32,000 nucleotides of DNA from Parasynechococcus marenigrum WH 8102 (GCF_000195975.1 NC_005070.1:2340001-2372000); one strand, 5' to 3'. Shown: positions 1 to 8,847, numbered from the stretch's first letter. Numbers and translations: made by a program. Notes: a model not told the origin generated them from the sequence alone.

Positions 1-1533
1 CATCACCAGATCGGAGCGGCCAGCGCTCATCACCTCCATTGCGGCATCTGGATGCAGGGCCGGCTGATCGCGGCGCACCCGCAGGGCATGAGCCAGCACT
101 GACGTCACGGCGGTGGCATCGCTGTCGGGATCCTGCAGCCGCCGCTCAACAGTGTCCGCCTTGAACTGCGGGCGGTTGAGATCCCTGCGTTGTCCGGTGC
201 GACGGAACCGGCCCAGGTCATTGGGTGTGGCCAATAGGGCCGGCAGATAAAAGGCCGGAACACCGGGCAGGGCCAGCACCAGCAGCTGGGTCATCAGAAA
301 GCGTGCCCGTTGCAGATGCGCTGGATCAATTCCGCCATCCGCCATGGCACTCCACCAGCTGATGTTGATCTCGTAGGGAGCCTCCTCACCATTGGTGAGG
401 CGACGGTGACTGATCAGACCACCCCGCTGCTCACAGGCAATCAACAGCTGTAGTCTCCGCTGATCCGTCATCAGCCCCTCGAGGGCCCGCAGACCGACAC
501 CGTCATGGCAAGCGGTGAAATTGAACAACCCCGTGGCCACCGGTAGCGCGGGCCAACGATTGAGCCAGCCGTTCAGCAGATCAGCACGACCACTGATGGC
601 CGCCTCCAGCAACAGGGGCGGCAACGGGAAGTTGTAGGCCAGATGGGCCTCTCGACCGCTAACCAGATACGAGAGGTTCTCCTGCTCCGGAACATTGGTC
701 TCCGTAACAACCACCCCGCCTGAACAGCTGCGCTCCATCAGCTGCCGCAGCACCTCAACGATGCGATGGGCTTCTGGCAGGTGGATGCATCCTGTCCCCG
801 GTGTCTTCCAGATGAACCCGACCGCATCCAGCCGGACCCAGCGGACCCCGTGGCGAAGCATCCGGTCCAGCAGCCGCGTGAATCCCAGCAGCACCTCCGG
901 ACTTCGCCAATCCACATCCACTTGGTCGGGCCCGAAAGTGGTCCACACCTGACGCGGACCATCCGACCCGCTCAGCTGAGTGAACAGGGAAGAACTCCGC
1001 GGCCGCACCACCTGGTCCCAGCAGGGATCAGGCGCGGCCTCCAGCACACAGGAGCGCCCCGGCTCCTCATCGCGCAGGAACTGCCTCACCCAGGGATGGG
1101 AGGCGGAGATGTGGTTCAGCACCAGATCTGCCATCATACGACGACCGTGAGCAAGGTCCGCCAGATCTCTCCAGTCACCGAAGCGCGGCTCGATCCGGTC
1201 GTGGCTGGCCACCGCAAAGCCGCCATCACTGGTGGAGGTCAGAAACGGCAGCACATGCACCACCTCAGCGAAGGGCCGCAGGCGGTTGTTGAGCAACTGA
1301 CGCAGGCTGCGCAACGCGGGCACCCCCTGCTCCACCACCGTATCGGCGTAGGTGATCAGCACCGCATCGGCGCCTGACCAGAGATCCGTCGCACCGGGCG
1401 GGTCGTCGTTTGCTGACGCACCACGCAAAATCTGCAGCAATTGCGACGACAGCTGCTCGGAATCAGCGGAAGAATCCTCGGGGAAGAGGTTCTCAAGCAG
1501 ACCCTGCAGCGTTTCGGCGTTCAAGGTCTGCAT
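1..1533 (-). CDS. GH13 subfamily-18 sucrose-phosphorylase-family glucoside phosphorylase (possibly glucosylglycerate phosphorylase); C-terminus lies beyond the window edge
   Basis: Absent from the ORF track because it has no stop inside the window. My translation of the minus strand from ATG 1533-1531 stays open to base 1 (511 codons). It reads MQTLNAETLQGLLENLFPEDSS...ADLVLNHISASHPW...VRWVRLDAVGFIWK...GVVVTETNVPEQENLSYL...YNFPLPPLLLEA...FNFTACHDGVGLR...LPGVPAFYLPALL, the core motifs of sucrose-phosphorylase-like GH13 enzymes. Confidence 0.85.
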   Translation of the reverse strand, partial: MQTLNAETLQGLLENLFPEDSSADSEQLSSQLLQILRGASANDDPPGATDLWSGADAVLITYADTVVEQGVPALRSLRQLLNNRLRPFAEVVHVLPFLTSTSDGGFAVASHDRIEPRFGDWRDLADLAHGRRMMADLVLNHISASHPWVRQFLRDEEPGRSCVLEAAPDPCWDQVVRPRSSSLFTQLSGSDGPRQVWTTFGPDQVDVDWRSPEVLLGFTRLLDRMLRHGVRWVRLDAVGFIWKTPGTGCIHLPEAHRIVEVLRQLMERSCSGGVVVTETNVPEQENLSYLVSGREAHLAYNFPLPPLLLEAAISGRADLLNGWLNRWPALPVATGLFNFTACHDGVGLRALEGLMTDQRRLQLLIACEQRGGLISHRRLTNGEEAPYEINISWWSAMADGGIDPAHLQRARFLMTQLLVLALPGVPAFYLPALLATPNDLGRFRRTGQRRDLNRPQFKADTVERRLQDPDSDATAVTSVLAHALRVRRDQPALHPDAAMEVMSAGRSDLVM

Positions 1534-1602
1534 ATCGGCTCTCCTGAACGCCGCTCAGGTATGGGTCATGACCTCATCCACTGTTGTCGCATTTAGCACC
1601 GG

Positions 1603-2880
1603 ATGGATTTTCAGCAGAGCCTGATCACCACGGTTCATGACTACAGCCTGGGCAACCTTGATGCTGTTGCCTTCAACCGCGAGCTCAGCGAGCGGCCCAC
1701 GACGCTGCTGATCCCCTGTCTGATGGAGGAGTTCAGCCGTCCAGCACTGGCGCTGATCCGCGACACCCTGTCGTCACTGAAAGGCCTCAATCGCCTCGTC
1801 ATTGCTTTGGCCGCTGAAAGCGCGGAGGACGTAGCCCATGCCGAAGCCTTCTTCGCCGGCATGCCCTTTCCCGTTCAGGTGCACTGGACCAATGGCCCAG
1901 CCGTGAAGGACTTGCTGGAGTCCATGGGCGCCCTGGGACTCGAGGTCACCGGTCCCCCCGGCAAGGGCTGGGCGGTCTGGCAAGGGCTTGGGGTGGCCTG
2001 TCAGGACGCCGAGGTAGTGGGCCTCTTTGACGCCGACATCCGCACCTTCGGCTCGGCATACCCGGAGCGGATGTTGCGTCCACTGCTGGATCGCTCCCAC
2101 GGCATTGCGTACGTCAAGGCCTTCTACAGCAGGCTATCGCTGGAAACCCAGGCGCTGCAGGGTCGGGCCACCCGCCTGTTCGTCGGTCCCCTGCTGGTCA
2201 GCCTCGAACAGATCTTTGGCCCACTGCCGTACCTGCGCTATCTGCAGTCCTTTCGCTACCCCTTGGCTGGTGAATTCGCCTTCACCACCGATCTGGCGAT
2301 GAATCTGCGCATCCCCTCCGATTGGGGCCTGGAGATGGGGTTGCTCTCGGAAGTGTTCCGTCATGTCGCCACCAGTCGCATTGCCCAGGTGGATCTGGGG
2401 CTGTTTGATCACAAGCACAAAGGACTCGGAAGCAAACCCAGTGAGGGCTTGCAACGCATGGCCGGTGAAATCTTCGGCACCGTTTTGCGCAGCTTGATGG
2501 AGCACGAAGGCGCCGTGATCTCGATGGATCAGATTCCCACCCTTGAGGTGCTCTACCGACGCGTCGGTGAGGATCGGGTGCGCCAGTTCGGCATTGATTC
2601 GGCGATCAACCGGCTCCCATATAACCGCCATGGCGAAGAACTGGCTGTGCACAGTTTTGCTGAACTGCTGCGGCCCGGACTTTCCCGCCTGATGGAGTCT
2701 CCCGTTGCTCATCAGCTCCCCAGTTGGTCACGACTGAAAAGCTGCAATCCTTCGCTCCAAAGCGACCTCAGCGCTGCAGGTCAGATGGATCGGCCTTCAG
2801 CCAGCACCATGCCCTCATCCCAACCGTTGCGTCGACCCAATCACAAACCCAGATCATCAACATCTGAGCTTGTCGCCTGA
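1603..2880 (+). CDS. gpgS: glucosyl-3-phosphoglycerate synthase (GT81-type glycosyltransferase)
   Basis: 425-aa ORF. N-terminus MDFQQSLITTVHDY and a GT-A core with a DxD-type motif (VVGLFDADIRTF) resemble cyanobacterial GpgS. It is divergent (69-nt gap) from a GH13_18 phosphorylase. The last ~50 aa are S/P-rich low complexity. Confidence 0.75.
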   Translation: MDFQQSLITTVHDYSLGNLDAVAFNRELSERPTTLLIPCLMEEFSRPALALIRDTLSSLKGLNRLVIALAAESAEDVAHAEAFFAGMPFPVQVHWTNGPAVKDLLESMGALGLEVTGPPGKGWAVWQGLGVACQDAEVVGLFDADIRTFGSAYPERMLRPLLDRSHGIAYVKAFYSRLSLETQALQGRATRLFVGPLLVSLEQIFGPLPYLRYLQSFRYPLAGEFAFTTDLAMNLRIPSDWGLEMGLLSEVFRHVATSRIAQVDLGLFDHKHKGLGSKPSEGLQRMAGEIFGTVLRSLMEHEGAVISMDQIPTLEVLYRRVGEDRVRQFGIDSAINRLPYNRHGEELAVHSFAELLRPGLSRLMESPVAHQLPSWSRLKSCNPSLQSDLSAAGQMDRPSASTMPSSQPLRRPNHKPRSSTSELVA

Positions 2881-2907
2881 ACAACTTGAATCAACCGTAA
2901 ACGAATC

Positions 2908-2941
2908 AAATTGGCCTCAATCGTGAGATTGGGGCCAATTT
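2908..2941. terminator. long hairpin between convergent gpgS and the NblA-like gene (candidate bidirectional terminator)
   Basis: AAATTGGCC-T-CAATC GTGA GATTG-G-GGCCAATTT forms a 15-bp stem (one T/G position) with a GTGA loop. T-containing tracts follow on both strands. Confidence 0.5.
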
Positions 2942-2970
2942 CTATTCACTTCAATAAAATACAAAACGCA

Positions 2971-3150
2971 TCAAAGAGCCTGCTGCTGACGCATCACCCA
3001 TTCCGTCGCTGCACGCTGGGATTGCCAGGCATGGAGAAGTTGCTTGGCAAGTGTCTGCAACTGCGCGGGGTCTGCAGTGGCTTCAATGGCACGGTTCATC
3101 CGCTCCACTTCAAAGCATTGCGTCATTGACATTGCGATCGATTCCTGCAT
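2971..3150 (-). CDS. small (59 aa) helical protein, NblA-like (phycobilisome degradation protein family) - tentative
   Basis: The ORF-track 63-aa ORF starts at a TTG. An in-frame ATG at 3150 is preceded by GGAGGAAG (TTGGAGGAAGTGATG). The product is MQESIAMSMTQCFEVERMNRAIEATADPAQLQTLAKQLLHAWQSQRAATEWVMRQQQAL. Its size and the pattern S-x-x-Q-x-F ... M ... I ... LQ-x-L ... M-x-Q recall the NblA helix-loop-helix. The family call rests on memory, not a search. Confidence 0.4.
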   Translation of the reverse strand: MQESIAMSMTQCFEVERMNRAIEATADPAQLQTLAKQLLHAWQSQRAATEWVMRQQQAL

Positions 3151-3203
3151 CACTTCCTCCAATTGAAGACATCACTATTGTCATGCCAACACGAAAAAGA
3201 ATT

Positions 3204-3217
3204 GTTTCATTTGAAAC
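3204..3217 (-). promoter_or_regulatory. perfect palindrome GTTTCA-TT-TGAAAC (GT-N10-AC, NtcA/CRP-family-like) upstream of the NblA-like gene
   Basis: The site lies 53 nt upstream of ATG 3150. On the minus strand a -10-like AATAGT follows about 25 nt downstream of the site, then the GGAGGA Shine-Dalgarno sequence. Confidence 0.3.
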
Positions 3218-3440
3218 GAAACATCCACACTGTGTGAACTCTCAGACTTCTGCAGCGATCAACCCACACTGCCAGACCAAACAGAGCAGGATCGCAACTA
3301 TAAAGTCGCCAAAGCTACCAAACCTATAGCATCTGTATCACGGTGTCTAAACGAAATCTGAAACCATCTCCAATCCGTGCCCAATCCAACACTCCACTGG
3401 CGCCGAATTCCGCAAAGTGGGATCATTCTGGGTTCCCCAC

Positions 3441-3689
3441 ATGATTGAGTGCGTCTACCGCAACGACACCGACCGAATGGTGATTGTTAAGTGTGTCGGG
3501 GACGACAACTTTTACCGTGAAAAGGTTGTACTCCCCACAGAGATGTTCTGGTTTGAAGCTCCTGAGCAGGCGCGGCTTGAAATTTGGAAGATGTCGGTGA
3601 GCGGTCAGATGCTTCACGTACGCGCCGATGTGAGCGAGTACGCCATGAATCAAAATGAGGCGGCCACCGAAACACTCTGGGCCTGCTGA
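3441..3689 (+). CDS. DUF1830-family cyanobacterial protein
   Basis: ORF 3417..3689 begins with GTG and an in-frame ATG lies at 3441. MIECVYRNDTDRMVIVKCVGDDNFYREKVVLPTEMFWFEAPEQARLEIW matches the DUF1830 pattern as I recall it (C-x-Y-x-N ... ERVVFPG..L.FEAP..A.LEI). Confidence 0.65.
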   Translation: MIECVYRNDTDRMVIVKCVGDDNFYREKVVLPTEMFWFEAPEQARLEIWKMSVSGQMLHVRADVSEYAMNQNEAATETLWAC

Positions 3690-3710
3690 TCAAGGTAAGA
3701 GCCGTGGGGA

Positions 3711-4421
3711 TCAGACACTCAGGAACTGATCCACTACCGCTTGGCTCAGGTCGCTGGTGGGGCCACTCGCCACGATGCCGCCCCGCTGCATGGCGTAGTA
3801 GCGGTCTGCTTGACGAACGAAATGCAGATGCTGCTCCACCAAGAGAACGCCGATGCCGGTTTCGTCAATGATCCGTCGAACGGCGTTCTCAATGTCCTGA
3901 ACAATGTTGGGCTGAATCCCCTCGGTGGGTTCATCGAGCAGCAACAGCTTCGGCTTACCGAGCAAGGCACGGGCAATCGCCAGTTGCTGTTGCTGCCCAC
4001 CGCTAAGGTCACCGCCCTTGCGGGGCAGAAATTCCTGCAGCACCGGAAACAGCTCATAGACAAACGGGTCAATGCGTCGATTCCGTGCCAGACCCCCGGG
4101 CAACGCCTCCATCCCCAGTTGCAGGTTCTCCTCCACCGTGAGCTGCGGAATGATCTCCCGCCCCTGGGGCACGTAGCCAACTCCAGCCCTGGCCCGTTGA
4201 TGCGGCGCCTGTCGGTCAAGGCGATCGCCGTTGAACACAATCTCACCGCGTCGGGGACGCAACAGACCGATGAGCGATTTGAGCAGGGTCGTCTTGCCCA
4301 CACCGTTGCGGCCGATCAGGCAGACCATCTCGCCAGCTTTCACGCTGAGGTCCACATCCCGGAGGATATGGCTCTCGCCGTAGTAGGTGTTCAAGCCGCG
4401 GATCTCAAGCAGCATCGTCAT
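3711..4421 (-). CDS. urtE: urea ABC transporter ATP-binding protein UrtE (LivF-like)
   Basis: Walker A GRNGVGKTT and signature LSGGQQQ. It is the last gene of a five-gene urt set and overlaps urtD by 4 nt. Confidence 0.9.
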   Translation of the reverse strand: MTMLLEIRGLNTYYGESHILRDVDLSVKAGEMVCLIGRNGVGKTTLLKSLIGLLRPRRGEIVFNGDRLDRQAPHQRARAGVGYVPQGREIIPQLTVEENLQLGMEALPGGLARNRRIDPFVYELFPVLQEFLPRKGGDLSGGQQQQLAIARALLGKPKLLLLDEPTEGIQPNIVQDIENAVRRIIDETGIGVLLVEQHLHFVRQADRYYAMQRGGIVASGPTSDLSQAVVDQFLSV

Positions 4422-5173
4422 CCGTTCTCCTCCTCAGTGGTGCCGAGATAAACCTCAATGACCCGGGGATCCGCCTGCACTTGATCCATCGTTCCCTCAC
4501 ACAGAACGTGTCCCTGGTGCAACACCGTCACTGGACTGTCCAAACGACGGATGAATTCCATGTCGTGCTCAATCACCAGCACGGTGTGATTCCCCGCCAA
4601 CGACTTGAGCAGATCAGCGGTGAGATCCGTTTCTTCGTCGGTGAGGCCTGCCACCGGCTCATCCACCAGCAACAGGTCGGGATCCTGACCAACCAGCATC
4701 GCGATCTCGAGCCATTGCTTCTGTCCGTGGGACAGGGAACCCGCCGCCCAGTCGGCGCGGGATTGCAGGTTGACGATGCCCATCAGGTGATGAACGCGGT
4801 CTCGCTGCTCCCCATTCAGGCCCCCCAACAGCAATGACCAGGGCTGCTTGGGCCGAGTGACGGCCAAGGCCAGATTCTCCTGAACCGTGAGCTTCTCGAA
4901 CACACGCGGGCTCTGGAACTTGCGTCCAATCCCCAGACGGGCAATCCGATGTTCACGGGTGCCCACCAACGAGCGGCCCTTGAACATGACCTGTCCCTGA
5001 GTGGGAGCGGTCTTGCCGGTGATCACGTCCAGGAAGGTGGTTTTACCAGCCCCATTGGGACCGATCACCGCCCGCAGCTCTCCAGGGTGCAGCGACAGGT
5101 TGAGATCGCGCAGGGCCAGAAAACCATCAAAGCTGACGGTGATCTGACGCAACTCCAACAACGGCTGGGTCAT
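4418..5173 (-). CDS. urtD: urea ABC transporter ATP-binding protein UrtD (LivG-like)
   Basis: Walker A GPNGAGKTT and signature LSHGQKQ. It overlaps both neighbours by 4 nt. Confidence 0.9.
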   Translation of the reverse strand: MTQPLLELRQITVSFDGFLALRDLNLSLHPGELRAVIGPNGAGKTTFLDVITGKTAPTQGQVMFKGRSLVGTREHRIARLGIGRKFQSPRVFEKLTVQENLALAVTRPKQPWSLLLGGLNGEQRDRVHHLMGIVNLQSRADWAAGSLSHGQKQWLEIAMLVGQDPDLLLVDEPVAGLTDEETDLTADLLKSLAGNHTVLVIEHDMEFIRRLDSPVTVLHQGHVLCEGTMDQVQADPRVIEVYLGTTEEENG

Positions 5174-6297
5174 GGCTGAACCTCCTCCTGGCCTTCACGA
5201 TCAAGACGGGGATAGGTCGAGCTGCGACGAGCGATCCCCAGACGGTTGAGCCAGTTGCGCGGACCATCTCCACGGCACCAACCGATCACGCCCTCAGGCA
5301 GCGCCGTGACCACGAGGATGAACAGTCCTCCTTGGATGAACAACCAACTCTGGGGAAGAGCTTCACTCACCAGGCTTTTGGCGTAGTTGATCACCACAGC
5401 GCCGAGGATCGCGCCAACCAACGTTCCCCGTCCGCCGACGGCCACCCAGATCACCATTTCGATCGAAAAAGGAACCGTCATGTACTGCGGCGAAACGATG
5501 CCCGACTGCACGGTGTAAAGCGCTCCGCCGATCCCAGCCAGACCACCAGCAATCGCGAAGACAATCGTCTTGAACAACGTTGGGTTGTAGCCGGCAAACC
5601 GCAACCGCGGTTCGTCATCGCGGATGGCGATCAACACGTCACCGAAGCGGCCCCGCACCACCCAACGCAGAAACAACCAGGCCAGGATCACCACCACCGC
5701 AGTGAGCCAAAAGAAACTGCGCTGCATCTCCGCCGAGCCCACCATCTGACCGAACAGTTCGGTGACATCCGTCTTCAAACCGTTGGTGCCATTGATCAGC
5801 TTCTGCTGGCCATTGAAGAAGTTGAAAAACACCAGCAGGGCGGCCTGGGTGAGGATCGAGAAGTAGACCCCCTTGATCCGGTTACGGAACACCAGGTTGC
5901 CGAGCACAGCGGCCAGCACGGCCGGAACCAGCCAGATCGCCACCAGGGTGAACAGCGGCGAATGGAAGGGCAGCCAGAACGCCGGCAGTTGATCCACGCC
6001 GTAGAGGCTAAAAAATTCAGGGATGCCGTTGGGTAACTCGCCTGAGCTGTTCAGCTGCAGATACATCGCCGCTGCATAACCACCCAGGGCAAAAAAGATG
6101 CCTTGGCCAAGGCTGAGCAGGCCGGTGAAGCCCCAGATCAGATCGATGCCCAGGGCAACAATCGCTAGGGAGAGGAAGCGACCCAACAAATTGAGCCGGA
6201 ACACCGGCAAAACAGCAGGCGCAGCAACGATGGCCGCAATGATCAGCACCCAGAGGACGATCTGGGGCCAGCGATTTCGCTGAAACGTTTGCAACAT
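5170..6297 (-). CDS. urtC: urea ABC transporter permease UrtC (LivM-like)
   Basis: 375-aa polytopic membrane protein positioned between urtB and urtD. Confidence 0.88.
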   Translation of the reverse strand: MLQTFQRNRWPQIVLWVLIIAAIVAAPAVLPVFRLNLLGRFLSLAIVALGIDLIWGFTGLLSLGQGIFFALGGYAAAMYLQLNSSGELPNGIPEFFSLYGVDQLPAFWLPFHSPLFTLVAIWLVPAVLAAVLGNLVFRNRIKGVYFSILTQAALLVFFNFFNGQQKLINGTNGLKTDVTELFGQMVGSAEMQRSFFWLTAVVVILAWLFLRWVVRGRFGDVLIAIRDDEPRLRFAGYNPTLFKTIVFAIAGGLAGIGGALYTVQSGIVSPQYMTVPFSIEMVIWVAVGGRGTLVGAILGAVVINYAKSLVSEALPQSWLFIQGGLFILVVTALPEGVIGWCRGDGPRNWLNRLGIARRSSTYPRLDREGQEEVQP

Positions 6298-6300
6298 GAA

Positions 6301-7455
6301 TCAGGCCTCCACCATGCGTCCCTTCTGCGGGAACAAACCCGCGGGACGGAATTGCAGGAACACCACGATCAGAGCGAACACCATCACCTGGGCCATGCTC
6401 GTGGTGGCAAAGAACTCCACAGCAGCGGCCAGAGGAGATGGCATGTCAGGCCACATCGTGAGCAGACGACCAGCTCCGATCAGATCGGTGAGCCATCCAA
6501 TGGCAAAGGAGGCGAGCACGGTGCCGAGCAGATTGCCGACACCCCCGAGCACCACCACCATGAAACAACCGACGATGTAAGAGCCGCCGACGTTCGGACC
6601 AACGGAGCCGAGTAGGGAGACTGCAACACCAGCCACACCGGCAAGACCGGATCCGATACCGAAGGTGAGCACGTCCACCGTCTGCGTGGGGATGCCCAGG
6701 CAATCACTCATCGCACGGTTCTGGGTGACGGCACGAATGCGCATGCCCCACACGCTTTTGTTGAGGAACCACGTCACCCCAACCACCGCAACGATCGTGA
6801 TCACGATGATCACCAGGCGCGGTACAGGAAAGGTGATGTCCATCCACTCCATGCCTCCCCGCATCCACTTCGGTGCGGTGACATCCACGTTGCGGGAGGT
6901 AGCTCGGGCGATACGACTGATTTGTGAGGCCAGGCCACCAGCCAGCAACACACCTGCGAGGGCCGAAACCGCCCAGCTGCCAGCGCGTACAAAGCGCGCC
7001 TTGGCACCGTCAAACAGTCGCTGCGGCAAGATCACCGGCAGGCCAAAGCCCAGCACCAGCGCCAGGATCAGGCCGGCGGCGTGGGCCAGGGGCACGCTCC
7101 GCACAAACTGCTGAAGAATCAAGCTGACACCCCAGGTCGCCAGCAACGTCTCCAGCGGGTTGCCATAGAGCCGGCGAATCACGGTGCGTTCAAGCAGGAT
7201 GCCGACCACACCGCTGACGATGAAGGCCAGGGGAAGCGCTACCAGCACGTAGGCGTTGTAAACCGGCTGCAGCACAGGCAGTTTGAAGATCAGCTGCACC
7301 ACGTAGGTGGTGTAGGCCCCAAGCATGATCAGCTCGCCATGGGCGAGGTTGATCACCCCCATGAGGCCGAAAACAATGGCCAGTCCGAGCGCGGCCATCA
7401 GCAAGACAGAGCCAATGGCCACACCGTTGAACAGGCTTTCAAAAAGCAGTTGCAC
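6301..7455 (-). CDS. urtB: urea ABC transporter permease UrtB (LivH-like)
   Basis: 384-aa polytopic membrane protein lying 3 nt upstream of urtC. Confidence 0.88.
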   Translation of the reverse strand: MQLLFESLFNGVAIGSVLLMAALGLAIVFGLMGVINLAHGELIMLGAYTTYVVQLIFKLPVLQPVYNAYVLVALPLAFIVSGVVGILLERTVIRRLYGNPLETLLATWGVSLILQQFVRSVPLAHAAGLILALVLGFGLPVILPQRLFDGAKARFVRAGSWAVSALAGVLLAGGLASQISRIARATSRNVDVTAPKWMRGGMEWMDITFPVPRLVIIVITIVAVVGVTWFLNKSVWGMRIRAVTQNRAMSDCLGIPTQTVDVLTFGIGSGLAGVAGVAVSLLGSVGPNVGGSYIVGCFMVVVLGGVGNLLGTVLASFAIGWLTDLIGAGRLLTMWPDMPSPLAAAVEFFATTSMAQVMVFALIVVFLQFRPAGLFPQKGRMVEA

Positions 7456-7480
7456 GGACGTGTGAAACGAAGCGTTCAGT

Positions 7481-7518
7481 GAAACGACAAAAGGAGGAGC
7501 CCGTCACCGGGCTCCTCC
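7481..7518 (-). terminator. intrinsic-terminator-like hairpin between urtA and urtB (probable attenuator or 3' stabiliser)
   Basis: On the minus strand: GGAGGAGCCCG GTGA CGGGCTCCTCC, a perfect 11-bp stem, followed by TTTTGTCGTTTC. It begins 30 nt after the urtA stop, and its U-tract ends 25 nt before the urtB start codon. Confidence 0.6.
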
Positions 7519-7548
7519 CTGAAGAGCACTCAGGCTGTGATCAGAGGA

Positions 7549-8847
7549 TCAGAGCTTGTACTTCTCGCCCTTGGCGGCATCGGTCCAGTCGCAAGCGAAA
7601 CCCTTGGAGCTGGGCTCGAACTGGTTCCAGGCCTGAGGAGCCACAGGACCATCGGTGGATTCGAGGATCTCGAACTGACCATCCGCGGTGATCTGGCCGA
7701 TGCGCACGGTCTGGGACAGGTGGTGGTTGGGCATCACCTTCACAGGTCCCTGAGGCGCGTCGAACTCGATGCCGACCAGGACTTCACGCACCTTGTCGTC
7801 GTCGAAGCTGTTGGCCTTCTCGACAGCCTTCTTCCACAGGTAGACCATGTTGTAGGCCGACTCCTGAGGGTCAGCGACCTGGCGGTCGGCGCCGTACTTG
7901 GCCTTGAAGTCTGCGGCGAACTTTTTGGATGCCGGGGTGTCGATCGACATCATGTAGTTCCAAGCGCCGTAGTGGCCCTCAAGGAACTCAGAGCCGATGG
8001 TGCTGATCTCCTCTTCCGCGATGGAATAGCTCATCACGTAGTAGCCGTTATCGGGGGTGATGCCGGCGTCCTGGATCTGCTTGAAGAAGGCAACGTTCTG
8101 GTCACCATTCAGGGTGTTGATGATCACACCGCCGTCAGGCAGGGCCTTCTTGATCTTGGCGATGATCGGAGCAACCTCGGTGTTGCCCAGGGGCAGGTAG
8201 TCCTCACCGACCACTTCGCCACCCAGAGAGGCGAGCTGCTCCTTGGTGATGGTGTTGGAGGTGCGGGGGAAGACGTAGTCCGAACCAACCAGGAAGAAGG
8301 GCTTGCCAGCGGCAGGCGACTTCTCATACATGAACTTGGTGGCAGGCTCCGACTGCTGGTTCGGAGTGGCACCGGTGTAGAAGATGTTGTTGGAACACTC
8401 CTGACCCTCGTACTGAATCGGGTAGTAGAGGAAGGCGTTCTTCGACTCGTAGACAGGCAGCATCGCCTTGCGACTGGCGGAGGTCCAGCCACCGAAGACG
8501 ACGGGCACCTGGTCCTGGTCGATCAGCTTCTTGGACTTCTCAGCGAAGGTGGGCCAATCGGAAGCACCGTCCTCGACGATGTATTCGATCTTGTATTTCT
8601 TGCCGTCCACTTCGACACCACCAGCGGCGTTGATCTCATCGATCGCCATTTTCTCGGTGTCCACCAGGGTGGACTCGGAGATGGCCATGGTGCCGGTCAG
8701 CGAGTGCAGGATGCCGACGGTGACCTTGTCGTCGAAATCACTGGCAGGCGCAGCTGTTTCTTCACCGCCACCACAGGCGGTGACTGCCAAACCCAGAGAT
8801 GCAGCGGCGAGGCCTGCGAACAAACGCTTGGAGAGAGAGGAGCTCAT
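7549..8847 (-). CDS. urtA: urea ABC transporter substrate-binding lipoprotein UrtA
   Basis: LivJ-like periplasmic binding protein. Signal peptide with lipobox LAVTAC. ATG at 8847; the track ORF starts at an upstream GTG at 8868. Confidence 0.9.
   Translation of the reverse strand: MSSSLSKRLFAGLAAASLGLAVTACGGGEETAAPASDFDDKVTVGILHSLTGTMAISESTLVDTEKMAIDEINAAGGVEVDGKKYKIEYIVEDGASDWPTFAEKSKKLIDQDQVPVVFGGWTSASRKAMLPVYESKNAFLYYPIQYEGQECSNNIFYTGATPNQQSEPATKFMYEKSPAAGKPFFLVGSDYVFPRTSNTITKEQLASLGGEVVGEDYLPLGNTEVAPIIAKIKKALPDGGVIINTLNGDQNVAFFKQIQDAGITPDNGYYVMSYSIAEEEISTIGSEFLEGHYGAWNYMMSIDTPASKKFAADFKAKYGADRQVADPQESAYNMVYLWKKAVEKANSFDDDKVREVLVGIEFDAPQGPVKVMPNHHLSQTVRIGQITADGQFEILESTDGPVAPQAWNQFEPSSKGFACDWTDAAKGEKYKL

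Noticed and set aside
766-1377. 203-aa plus-strand ORF and neighbouring ORFs at 695..962 and 1352..1624.
   Set aside because: They lie antisense to, or at the edge of, the edge-truncated GH13 gene on the minus strand, whose translation shows clear family motifs.
1559-1572. GTA-N8-GAC (GTATGGGTCATGAC) in the GH13/gpgS divergent gap as an NtcA site.
   Set aside because: The right half-site is off-consensus. No -10 box lies at the right spacing, and the site is only 30 nt from the gpgS ATG.
2911-3129. 72-aa plus-strand ORF opposite the NblA-like gene.
   Set aside because: It starts with a TTG inside the terminator hairpin and has no Shine-Dalgarno sequence. The minus-strand ORF has GGAGGA plus an ATG and a coherent helical sequence.
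4221-4228. HIP1 octamer GCGATCGC (also at 17322..17329) as a cyanobacterial repeat signature.
   Set aside because: I noticed only two full copies in 32 kb, which is about the chance expectation, so there is no evidence of enrichment.
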